Shown here: piece by piece, positions 16,486 to 24,000 of the stretch
Position numbering within the stretch: position 1 is the first letter of the stretch
Layout: each line of letters begins with the position of its first letter
Assembly (NCBI GenBank): GCA_963662265.2
Contig: CAXXHA010000036.1
Span: forward strand, 14,247 to 38,246
Length of the DNA: 24,000 nt
Source: Spirochaetia bacterium
GTDB taxonomy: Bacteria > Spirochaetota > Spirochaetia > CADAEX01
Direction of reading: 5' to 3'
The notes under the pieces: model-generated
The model's input: only the letters and a program-made list of their open reading frames with translations
Told to the model about the DNA's origin: nothing
Database searches by the model: none
Program-made: the position numbers and the translations under genes

Positions 16486-17601
16486 ATGTCAGATTTTATC
16501 AGTGATGCTGTTGTACTGATTGTTGATGATACTCCGCAGAATATTGATATATTACTTGAATCTCTGGGAGATTTGTATTCTATCCAGGTTGCAGTCAACG
16601 GTAAAGAGGCTCTTGAAGCAGTAGCGGAAGATCCTCCCGATTTAATACTTCTGGATGTTCTGATGCCGGAAATTAACGGTTATGAAGTATGCCGTAGGCT
16701 GAAGAATGATTTCCCGGCTGCTGATATCCCGGTGATTTTTCTCACAGCTCTTTCTGAAATGGATCAGAAAACAAAGGGGTTTGAACTGGGCGCTGTTGAT
16801 TTCATTACAAAACCATTTGATATCCGTGAAGTTAAAGCCCGAGTAAAGACACATCTTGTAAATAAATTCGCAGGTGATTTCCTTAAAAATCAGAACAGTT
16901 TTCTTGAAACAATGGTGAAAAAAAGAACCTTTCAGATAGAAAATATCCAGAATGTCACAATACGGATGGCTGCTTCTCTGGCGGAAACACGCGACAATGA
17001 AACAGGTGATCATATCAAGCGTACTCAAAAGTATGTTGCCGCATTTTTAAATATGCTGTCAGAAGAAAACTTATACCCGGAATATATAAATGAAGAAAGC
17101 ATTGATCTGATGATCAAGTCGGCCCCTCTTCATGATATAGGGAAAATCGGGGTTGCTGACAAAATACTTCTGAAACCGGGAAAACTCACCAATGAAGAGT
17201 TTGATGAGATGAAAAAACATACAATTTACGGGAATGAATCTCTGCTCAGGGCTGAAGAGGAGATTAAAGATGAATCATTTCTCCGCTTTGCCAGGGAAAT
17301 AGCTTATACACATCATGAGAAGTGGGACGGGTCGGGATACCCTGAAGGGGTATCTGGTGACGAAATACCTCTTTCGGGACGAATAATGGCAATTGCAGAT
17401 GTTTATGATGCTTTGATTTCAAAACGGGTGTATAAACCGCCTTTTACACACAGCAAAGCTGTTTCTATTATAAATGAAGGGAAGGGGCATCATTTTGATC
17501 CCGTTCTTATTGAATGTTTTGGCAAAATTGAAGAATCATTCAGGCAGATTGCTCTTGAGTATGTAGAGAGTGATGATGAACGGGAAGCATTATTAAGATA
17601 A
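16486..17601 (+). CDS. Response regulator with HD-GYP domain, copy 2 (tandem paralogue)
   Basis: 371 aa, colinear with copy 1 and roughly 55-65% identical by eye. REC: IVDDTPQNID...LLDVLMPEINGYEV...ITKP. HD-GYP: PLHDIGKIGV, HHEKWDGSGYPEG, ADVYDAL. SD GGGGAG has a 6-nt spacer. Confidence 0.9.
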   Translation: MSDFISDAVVLIVDDTPQNIDILLESLGDLYSIQVAVNGKEALEAVAEDPPDLILLDVLMPEINGYEVCRRLKNDFPAADIPVIFLTALSEMDQKTKGFELGAVDFITKPFDIREVKARVKTHLVNKFAGDFLKNQNSFLETMVKKRTFQIENIQNVTIRMAASLAETRDNETGDHIKRTQKYVAAFLNMLSEENLYPEYINEESIDLMIKSAPLHDIGKIGVADKILLKPGKLTNEEFDEMKKHTIYGNESLLRAEEEIKDESFLRFAREIAYTHHEKWDGSGYPEGVSGDEIPLSGRIMAIADVYDALISKRVYKPPFTHSKAVSIINEGKGHHFDPVLIECFGKIEESFRQIALEYVESDDEREALLR

Positions 17602-17618
17602 AAACACAAAGGTAAAAT

Positions 17619-20600
17619 ATGTATTTATATGATATGAAAAAAACAACTCTTCATGTGATAATGCTTTTTGTCATATTTGGTACAGGAACTGTTTTTCCGC
17701 AGGAAAAGTCCATTTCCAGCTGCAGCGGAGGAATGATTCAGGCAGGGGAGGAAAGGCAATGGGTAAAAGCAGGATTTTCCGGAAATGCTGCAGATGAAGT
17801 ACCTGATTATGAGAACAGATCAATACAGGAAAAATGGTTATCAGTATTTGAATTAAAAGATATTTATGCGGGGGAAAGCAGTGGTAATAAACCTGTTATA
17901 TTCAGGGTGTTTATCCTGGTAACACTGTTTCTTCTGGCAATATTCCTGTTCCAGGGATTTCTTAAAAAGAAAAGCAGCGAAAGTGTTAAATTCGATATAA
18001 GGCGGATGAGAATTACTACTCTTGTGATACTGGCTTTCTGTATGACATGTATTCTTACAATAACAATATATTCAGTCAGAAATATCAGAAATAATGCTGT
18101 AGAAAAAGTGCATGATAATCTTGATGTTGTTCTGTCTACTGTAACTGAAGTTCTTACAAGCTGGATTGACAAAAATCTTACCCAGGTCCGGATGGAAACC
18201 CAGAAAGAAGATTTTGTCTCTCGTGTAAGTAATATAACTGCTGTCCCGTCTGACAGGGAAACATTACTGAAAAGTGAAGAACTCAGGAATTTCCGGGATT
18301 ATTTTTCACGGGAAAATCCGTATTCCTTTTCCGAAGGTTTTTTTATAATATCGGATGACGGGATTAATATTGCGTCACACGATGATGAAAGCATAGGCAG
18401 GGCCAATTTTGTATTTAAAAACCGTCCTGAACTTCTGGAACTCGCATTTCTCGGAAAAAGCATGTTTATTCCCCCTGTTCTCAGAGAAGCAGATGGCTGG
18501 TCTCCCGGTTCATGCAGTCAATCCTGCCTGTTCTATGCTGTTCCTGTTTTAAATTCGGAAAACAATGTTATTGCTGTAATGATACAAAGAGAAGATCCTG
18601 AAAAGGATTTCGGAAGATTCTGCAGGATGGGAAGAATTGGAGAAAGCGGTGAAACCTATGCATTTGACAGAAATGGTTTTATGCTTACAAACAGCCGTTT
18701 TGATGATCAGCTTCTTTCAATAGGTTTGCTGAAAGAGGGATCAGTCAGCGCTCTGAATATACAGCTCAGGGATCCTGGTGTTAATCTGCTTGAGGGGGAA
18801 AACAGCCCTTTAAACAGAGATGATCAGCCGTTTACCTTAATGTTCAGACATGCTTCAAGCAGCGAATTCGGTTATAACATCGAGGGGTACCGCGATTACC
18901 GGGGAGTTGATGTTTTCGGTGCCTGGCGATGGTTTGATGAATATAATTTCGGTATTGCATCGGAAATAGATATTACAGATGCTTTGAGTTCCTATTCCAC
19001 GATACAGACTGCAATTTATATTATCATTGCAATAGCCTTTTTCCTTGCTTCGGGAACAACACTTTTCAGTATTCATACAGGCGAAAGGGCGAATAAGTCG
19101 CTCTCAGAGGCAAATGAAAATCTTGAAAAGAGAGTTGCTATGCGGACTGCAGAACTTTCAGAAGCAAGAAACAAGACAGAGGCAATTCTTGAGGCTTCAA
19201 CAAACGGAATAATCACTATTGACGAAAAAGGGATTATTGAAACTTTCAATCCGGCAGCAGAACATATTTTCGGCTACAGTAAAGATGAAGTTATAGGGCA
19301 GAATGTGAAAATCCTGATGCCTTTGGAGTATTCCGAAAAACATGACGGGTATCTCGGTAATTATATTGATACAGGAATAAAGATGGCTATAGGGCGAAGG
19401 TTTGAAAAAGAGGGACTGCGGAAATCCGGACAGCTGATACCTCTTGAAATAGGCATTAATGAAGTACATCTTAAAGACAGGCGTCTTTTTACTGCAATTA
19501 TGAATGATATTTCCGAGAGGAAAGCTTCTGAAGAAGCTCTTATAACGGCTAAAAGAAACAATGAATTTGCAGCAGAGACAGCAGGTCTTGCCTACTGGGA
19601 ACAGGATTTAACAGAAAAAACATTTACTGTTAATGACAGTTTTTTCAAGCTTGCTGATACAAGTTATGTTAGGGAAGGCTGTTATGTTTATCCTGTCAAT
19701 GAATTCCTTGACCAGTTTGTATATCATGGAGACCTTGACAAGGTTGTTGAAAAATTTTTAGAAGCTGAAAAAACAACATCAGACATTGCAGATCAGTTTG
19801 AATACCGGCTGGTCCTCCGGAGCGGAGGATTCAGGTACGGGTATATGAAATATTTTGTGATTCATGACAGCCATGGAAATGCTGTTAAAATTACAGGAAT
19901 ACATCTTGATATTACAGAAAGAAAAAAAATAGAAATGGAGCTTGCAGAGGCAAAAGAAGCAGCTGAAGCAGCGGCAAAGATAAAGTCTGATTTTCTCGCA
20001 AATATGAGCCATGAAATAAGGACTCCTATGAATGCTATCATCGGGCTGTCCCATCTTATAAGCAAAACAAGGCTTACGAAAAAGCAGGAAGATTATATCC
20101 ATAAAATATTCGGCTCTGCCCACAATCTGCTTGGCATTATAAATGATATTCTGGATTTTTCAAAAATAGAAGCTGGAAAGCTTGCTATGGAATCAGTTGA
20201 TTTTGATCTTAATGAAGTTTTTGATAATCTTGGCAACATGATAGCGGGAAAGGCATATGATAAGAAACTGGAGCTTGTATTTCATGTAAATACAGATGTT
20301 CCTGTGAAACTTGTCGGTGATCCTCTCCGCCTGGGGCAGGTGCTGCTGAACCTTGCAAATAATGCTGTCAAATTCACCGAAGCAGGTGAAATTGCTGTAT
20401 CTGCTGAACTTGTGAATCTTGAAAACAATGAAGCTGAAATAAAATTCATAGTCCGTGATACAGGGATCGGACTCACAGAAGATCAGATGAACACCCTTTT
20501 TCAGGCTTTTTCCCAGGCAGATACTTCAACAACCAGAAAATACGGAGGGACCGGACTGGGGCTTTCGATCAGTAAGAAGCTTTCTGAAATGATGGGCGGC

Positions 20601-22163
20601 CGTATCTGGGTTGAGAGTATATTCGGCGAAGGTTCAACATTTTATTTTACCGGAAAATATAAAGTCAGGCATGTTGAAACACATAAGATTTTTCCGGCAG
20701 GACTCCGCGGTCTTGATGTTCTGATTGCTGATGATAATTCCACCAGCCAGAAAGTTCTACTTGAATATTTGAAGGATTTTGAATTGAATCCTGTTGCGGT
20801 GGATAATGGCACAGAAGCTGTTCAGATAATCAGGAAGAGACTGGAAGATGGAGTTAAGGGGTTTGATCTTGTGCTTCTGGATTTCAGCATGCCTGGTCTT
20901 AATGGATTTCAGACAGCTGAAAAAATAAATGAAATACTGGGTAAGAATGAAAGGCCGAGATATATACTTGTAACAGGATTTGGCCGTGATGAAGTTATCA
21001 ATGGTATTGAAAGATACGGGTTTGAAGGATTCCTTCTGAAACCGGTCAATCAGTCGCTCCTGTTCAATACAATTATGCAGGCTTTCGGCCGTGAAAGAAA
21101 AGATACAGGAAAAACAATAACAGAAAAATTTCCGAACGGCTTTGACAGCATCAGGGGCGCTGAAATACTTCTTGTAGAGGATAATGAAATCAATCAGCAG
21201 GTAGCAAGGGAGGTGCTTGAAAGGGAAGGTTTCTCTGTTGATGTTGCTGATAATGGGGAGATTTCTCTTGAGATGCTGTCTGAAAAAAAATATGACCTGG
21301 TATTGATGGATCTGCAGATGCCTGTAATGGGGGGAGTCGAGGCAACAGGAGAGATCAGGAAGAATGATGAATTTAAAGAACTCCCTGTTATTGCAATGAC
21401 TGCAGATGCAATGTCAGGGGTCAGGGAAATGGTCCTTGAAAAAGGGATGAATGACTATATTACAAAACCTATTGAGCCGTATTTTCTATGGAAAACAATG
21501 GTTAAATGGATTGTGCCGGGAGAAGGGAAATTTTCTGATATCAACAGAATGGAGAGACCTTCTGAGGAAGCAGGGGAAATTCCTGAAATTGATGGGCTTG
21601 ATATCAATTCCGGATTAAACCGGATGTCCGGTAATTTCGAGCTTTATAAAAATCTTCTGATAAAGTTTTTCAGGGAATATACAGATTTAAGCATGATAAT
21701 TTCTGAAGATGCGGAAAACGGCCGAACAGATGATGCTGTAAGGACTGCCCATTCTGTTAAGGGGGTGTCTGGTAATCTTGGCGCGACAAAGATCCAGGTT
21801 AAAATGGCTGATATCGAGAACAAGCTTAAAAACAGTAAAGATTACAGAGACGATCTTTCTGAGGCTGAATCAATGATTCGTAATCTCGCTGAAAAGGCTG
21901 AAAAAGCAGGGCTTCTTGAAAACCAGGAGGAGCCTTCAGATAAAAGTATGGAGATTTCCAGGGAAGAGCTTACTGCCAGGCTGACAATAGCTGTCGACTC
22001 TCTTTCAAGGAGAAAGCCCAGGACTGCTATTACTGTGCTTGAAGAGCTGGGAAAGTGTGATTTTGACAAAGAAACCGGGGAAAAACTATCTGAAGCAAGG
22101 ACTCTTCTTGCAAGATACAGGATGAAAGAGGCTTCAGAGCTGCTCAGGGGTATAATAGGCTAG
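17619..22163 (+). CDS. Membrane hybrid sensor histidine kinase (Cache-like periplasmic domain, 2 PAS, HisKA, HATPase, REC, REC, HPt)
   Basis: 1514 aa with four hydrophobic segments (about aa 11-27, 93-115, 132-153 and the AIYIIIAIAFFLASGTTLFSI helix).
- The ~310-aa segment between TM3 and TM4 is Cache-like: GETYAFDRNGFMLTNSRF, YRDYRGVDVFGAW
- PAS: ILEASTNGIITIDEKGIIETFNPAAEHIFGYSKDEVIGQNVKILMP
- H-box: [11 protein letters not shown]
- HATPase: DTGIGL, GGTGLGLSISK
- REC1: LLDFSMPGLNG
- REC2: LMDLQMPVMGG
- HPt: HSVKGVSGNLGA. Confidence 0.9.
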   Translation: MYLYDMKKTTLHVIMLFVIFGTGTVFPQEKSISSCSGGMIQAGEERQWVKAGFSGNAADEVPDYENRSIQEKWLSVFELKDIYAGESSGNKPVIFRVFILVTLFLLAIFLFQGFLKKKSSESVKFDIRRMRITTLVILAFCMTCILTITIYSVRNIRNNAVEKVHDNLDVVLSTVTEVLTSWIDKNLTQVRMETQKEDFVSRVSNITAVPSDRETLLKSEELRNFRDYFSRENPYSFSEGFFIISDDGINIASHDDESIGRANFVFKNRPELLELAFLGKSMFIPPVLREADGWSPGSCSQSCLFYAVPVLNSENNVIAVMIQREDPEKDFGRFCRMGRIGESGETYAFDRNGFMLTNSRFDDQLLSIGLLKEGSVSALNIQLRDPGVNLLEGENSPLNRDDQPFTLMFRHASSSEFGYNIEGYRDYRGVDVFGAWRWFDEYNFGIASEIDITDALSSYSTIQTAIYIIIAIAFFLASGTTLFSIHTGERANKSLSEANENLEKRVAMRTAELSEARNKTEAILEASTNGIITIDEKGIIETFNPAAEHIFGYSKDEVIGQNVKILMPLEYSEKHDGYLGNYIDTGIKMAIGRRFEKEGLRKSGQLIPLEIGINEVHLKDRRLFTAIMNDISERKASEEALITAKRNNEFAAETAGLAYWEQDLTEKTFTVNDSFFKLADTSYVREGCYVYPVNEFLDQFVYHGDLDKVVEKFLEAEKTTSDIADQFEYRLVLRSGGFRYGYMKYFVIHDSHGNAVKITGIHLDITERKKIEMELAEAKEAAEAAAKIKSDFLANMSHEIRTPMNAIIGLSHLISKTRLTKKQEDYIHKIFGSAHNLLGIINDILDFSKIEAGKLAMESVDFDLNEVFDNLGNMIAGKAYDKKLELVFHVNTDVPVKLVGDPLRLGQVLLNLANNAVKFTEAGEIAVSAELVNLENNEAEIKFIVRDTGIGLTEDQMNTLFQAFSQADTSTTRKYGGTGLGLSISKKLSEMMGGRIWVESIFGEGSTFYFTGKYKVRHVETHKIFPAGLRGLDVLIADDNSTSQKVLLEYLKDFELNPVAVDNGTEAVQIIRKRLEDGVKGFDLVLLDFSMPGLNGFQTAEKINEILGKNERPRYILVTGFGRDEVINGIERYGFEGFLLKPVNQSLLFNTIMQAFGRERKDTGKTITEKFPNGFDSIRGAEILLVEDNEINQQVAREVLEREGFSVDVADNGEISLEMLSEKKYDLVLMDLQMPVMGGVEATGEIRKNDEFKELPVIAMTADAMSGVREMVLEKGMNDYITKPIEPYFLWKTMVKWIVPGEGKFSDINRMERPSEEAGEIPEIDGLDINSGLNRMSGNFELYKNLLIKFFREYTDLSMIISEDAENGRTDDAVRTAHSVKGVSGNLGATKIQVKMADIENKLKNSKDYRDDLSEAESMIRNLAEKAEKAGLLENQEEPSDKSMEISREELTARLTIAVDSLSRRKPRTAITVLEELGKCDFDKETGEKLSEARTLLARYRMKEASELLRGIIG

Positions 22164-22224
22164 AGAAACTGGTATTAAAATACAATAAAAATCGGGGAAG
22201 CAGTTGATCCAGAAAGGATGAATT

Positions 22225-22575
22225 ATGATTTTAATAGTAGATGATACACCTTCTAATATTGATATTGTCATGGAAATAATAGGTGAAATTGATGATGTTG
22301 CTGTTGCTCTTGACGGAGAAGAAGCACTAGAAATTATCAAAGAGGATATTCCCGATATTGTTCTTCTTGATATTGTAATGCCTGGAATAGATGGTTTTGA
22401 AGTATGCAGAAGAATTAAGGGAAATCCTGATACGGAAAAAATAGCTGTAATATTTCTTTCGGGAGATGGGGCTGAAGAGGAGAAGTCAAAAGCCGGAGAA
22501 ATTGGAGCCTCCGGTTTTCTTGAAAAGCCGATTGATCCTGAAAAACTGCTTGCAGCAGTAAAAGCTTTTATATGA
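22225..22575 (+). CDS. Stand-alone receiver (single-domain response regulator)
   Basis: 116 aa, REC only: LIVDDTPSNID...LLDIVMPGIDGFEV...VIFLSG...LEKP. SD AAAGGA has a 6-nt spacer. It lies 61 nt downstream of the large kinase. Confidence 0.85.
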   Translation: MILIVDDTPSNIDIVMEIIGEIDDVAVALDGEEALEIIKEDIPDIVLLDIVMPGIDGFEVCRRIKGNPDTEKIAVIFLSGDGAEEEKSKAGEIGASGFLEKPIDPEKLLAAVKAFI

Positions 22576-22650
22576 AAAGAATATTGAGAAGAGATGCCTG
22601 ATATGTTTTCCAGCTGAGAGTGGAATTCATATATAATTACCATATCATTC

Positions 22651-22679
22651 TTGACTTCTGAAAATCATAATCCTATCCT
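22651..22679 (+). promoter_or_regulatory. Candidate sigma70-type promoter for the binding-protein/sensor pair
   Basis: TTGACT (22651-22656), a 17-nt spacer, then TATCCT (22674-22679), about 39 nt upstream of ATG 22718. This is a pattern match only, in a 142-nt spacer. Confidence 0.3.
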
Positions 22680-22717
22680 TAAATTTAACTGTAAAATAAT
22701 TAAAAAAGGGTTGTTGA

Positions 22718-23677
22718 ATGCCGGTTCTGTTTAAATCTAAATACTGCATTATTTGTCTTCTAGTAATTCTCACCTGTACTGTGCTGCTTTCAGGATGTTT
22801 TTCAGAATCCGGAAAAAAAGAAGCGGAAAAAGATGCCGGGTTAAACAGCCCGGTTTATTCTGATTCCGTAAGCGGCAAAAAACTTGTGATAGGTGATGTT
22901 TCAGATGAGCCTACTAAAAAAATAAGAAGGTATCAGCCTTTTGCTGAATATATTGTTTCAGAAGACAGAATTCCCGGATACGGCATCGGAGAAGTATATG
23001 TAACAGATTCACTGGAAAAAATGACAGAGGAATTTGAAAAAGGCAATGTCCACATAATTATTGAGGGAGCTTACAATGCCCTGAAAATAGCTGATAAGGC
23101 AGGGGCCTGCCGGATACTTCTGAACAACAAGGAGGGGCTGATATTTTTCAAAAGTTATTTTATAGCACTCAAAGATTCTCCCTGCAGCAGCCTTGAAGAT
23201 CTGGGCGGTAAAACACTGGCTCTTGAAGATACCGAGTCCACATCAGGTTATTTCCTGCCGATTCTTGAACTTCAGAAAAACAATTTCAATGTTTCCGGTT
23301 TGAACGGAAATAATGAATATCTCAAGACAGTACTATCAGGCGAGGATGAAATAATTATTCAGGATCTTTTTGACATGAGGGCGGATGCCGGGGTGTATTC
23401 TGAATATGATTTCGAAGAACTTAATAAAAATGTCAGGGAAAAGCTTAAAGTCATACATGTTACAGAAGCGCTTCCGCGGAGTCTTCTTATTCTTTCCCCT
23501 GCATTGAGTAAATCCGACTGTGAAAGGATTTCTGATACCTTACTTGAGTTGAGTAATTCTGAACAGGGAAAATCCATGCTTGAACATATCAACTCTGATG
23601 GTTTTTATTCTGTCAGGGATTTCAGCATTGCGGAAAATAATCTTGATTTATTAATGGAAAAAGCCGGTGAAATATGA
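22718..23677 (+). CDS. PhnD-like (phosphonate/phosphite-type) periplasmic substrate-binding lipoprotein
   Basis: 319 aa. Lipoprotein signal ...ILTCTVLLSG|C. PhnD-family-like motif EDTESTSGYFLP. No ABC permease or ATPase gene is adjacent. The stop overlaps the likely start of the next gene. Confidence 0.7.
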   Translation: MPVLFKSKYCIICLLVILTCTVLLSGCFSESGKKEAEKDAGLNSPVYSDSVSGKKLVIGDVSDEPTKKIRRYQPFAEYIVSEDRIPGYGIGEVYVTDSLEKMTEEFEKGNVHIIIEGAYNALKIADKAGACRILLNNKEGLIFFKSYFIALKDSPCSSLEDLGGKTLALEDTESTSGYFLPILELQKNNFNVSGLNGNNEYLKTVLSGEDEIIIQDLFDMRADAGVYSEYDFEELNKNVREKLKVIHVTEALPRSLLILSPALSKSDCERISDTLLELSNSEQGKSMLEHINSDGFYSVRDFSIAENNLDLLMEKAGEI

Positions 23678-24000
23678 ATTAAGAAAATGGATAAGCAATA
23701 AATACAACTCATTCCAGTACAGGGTACTGATGATCTTTTTTTCTGTACTGATGCCTGTCATGATGGTGATATTTATAATTACTGCCGCAAACGAGGTGAG
23801 TTTTTACAACAATTATATCAATGAGACAGGGCATTTTTTTGCAGATGTAATAGAAAACAGTATCAGCGACAGCCTCTATTTCAAGGAATATTTCAGGATA
23901 GGGGATATTTTTGACAAAACAGTTATGAATTCGGACTACACATCCTGCAGAATTTACGACAGAAGAGGTATTCTTATTGCCAACAGCAATAATGATATTT
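23667..24000 (+). CDS. Membrane sensor protein, N-terminal fragment (output domains lie beyond the window)
   Basis: An open frame runs to the window end and is not in the ORF track because it is unterminated. GTG 23667 gives MKYELRKWISNKYNSFQYRV, a positive-inside N-terminus, followed by the TM helix LMIFFSVLMPVMMVIFIITAA and then a non-hydrophobic (presumably periplasmic) segment. It overlaps the upstream gene by 11 nt. ATG 23730 (AGGG 5 nt upstream) is the alternative start. Confidence 0.55.
   Translation, partial: MKYELRKWISNKYNSFQYRVLMIFFSVLMPVMMVIFIITAANEVSFYNNYINETGHFFADVIENSISDSLYFKEYFRIGDIFDKTVMNSDYTSCRIYDRRGILIANSNNDI

Noticed and set aside
22134-22643. 169-aa minus-strand ORF covering the stand-alone REC gene
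   Set aside because: It is antisense to a REC CDS that has all conserved receiver residues. Its translation is Ser/Ile-rich and low-complexity.
1-24000. CRISPR arrays, transposases/IS ends, integrases, prophage genes, toxin-antitoxin pairs or known defence systems
   Set aside because: No spaced direct-repeat arrays or terminal inverted repeats are present. No ORF has recombinase, nuclease-defence or small toxin/antitoxin characteristics. All ORFs above 100 aa that are not antisense shadows have ordinary metabolic or signalling assignments.

Overview
This is a 24-kb AT-rich bacterial chromosomal window. By eye the genes are about 38-40% GC and the two long spacers much lower; this was not computed. 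It is densely coding, with 17 protein genes. I saw no rRNA, tRNA, CRISPR, transposase, integrase, phage or recognisable defence genes.

Positions 1-9900 look like housekeeping:
- the 3' end of an unidentified gene
- a convergent M20 metallopeptidase (17-nt overlap)
- an SH3b lipoprotein translationally coupled (TAATG) to an ABC-F ATPase
- a rhomboid protease
- a 448-bp very AT-rich spacer
- single-chain pyruvate carboxylase ending in a strong intrinsic terminator

Positions 9963-24000 form a ~14-kb signalling island:
- (i) A minus-strand, translationally chained five-gene operon. It encodes a stressosome-type set: PAS-STAS RsbR-like, STAS-only RsbS-like, RsbT-like Ser/Thr kinase and RsbX-like PP2C phosphatase. 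The set is followed not by a sigma-factor partner-switching output but by a soluble hybrid histidine kinase (HisKA-HATPase-REC-REC-HPt) with an unassigned N-terminal domain.
- (ii) A 434-bp AT-rich divergent control region.
- (iii) A plus-strand run of two tandem REC-HD-GYP (c-di-GMP phosphodiesterase-type) response regulators, a 1514-aa Cache/PAS hybrid kinase whose catalytic core is a paralogue of the stressosome-linked kinase, and a stand-alone REC.
- (iv) A PhnD-like binding lipoprotein overlapping the start of a membrane sensor cut by the window end.

The lead hypothesis is that a cytoplasmic stressosome and a periplasmic Cache sensor feed two paralogous phosphorelays that converge on HD-GYP enzymes, so that stress signals set c-di-GMP turnover. 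The stressosome has a Cys/His-cluster PAS input and an RsbS-like protein lacking the canonical phospho-Ser. RsbRST modules next to two-component genes are already known from comparative genomics, so the class is not new. The specific input domain, the RsbS variant, the kinase docking domain and the HD-GYP wiring are what deserve testing. The taxon cannot be assigned from this window alone.
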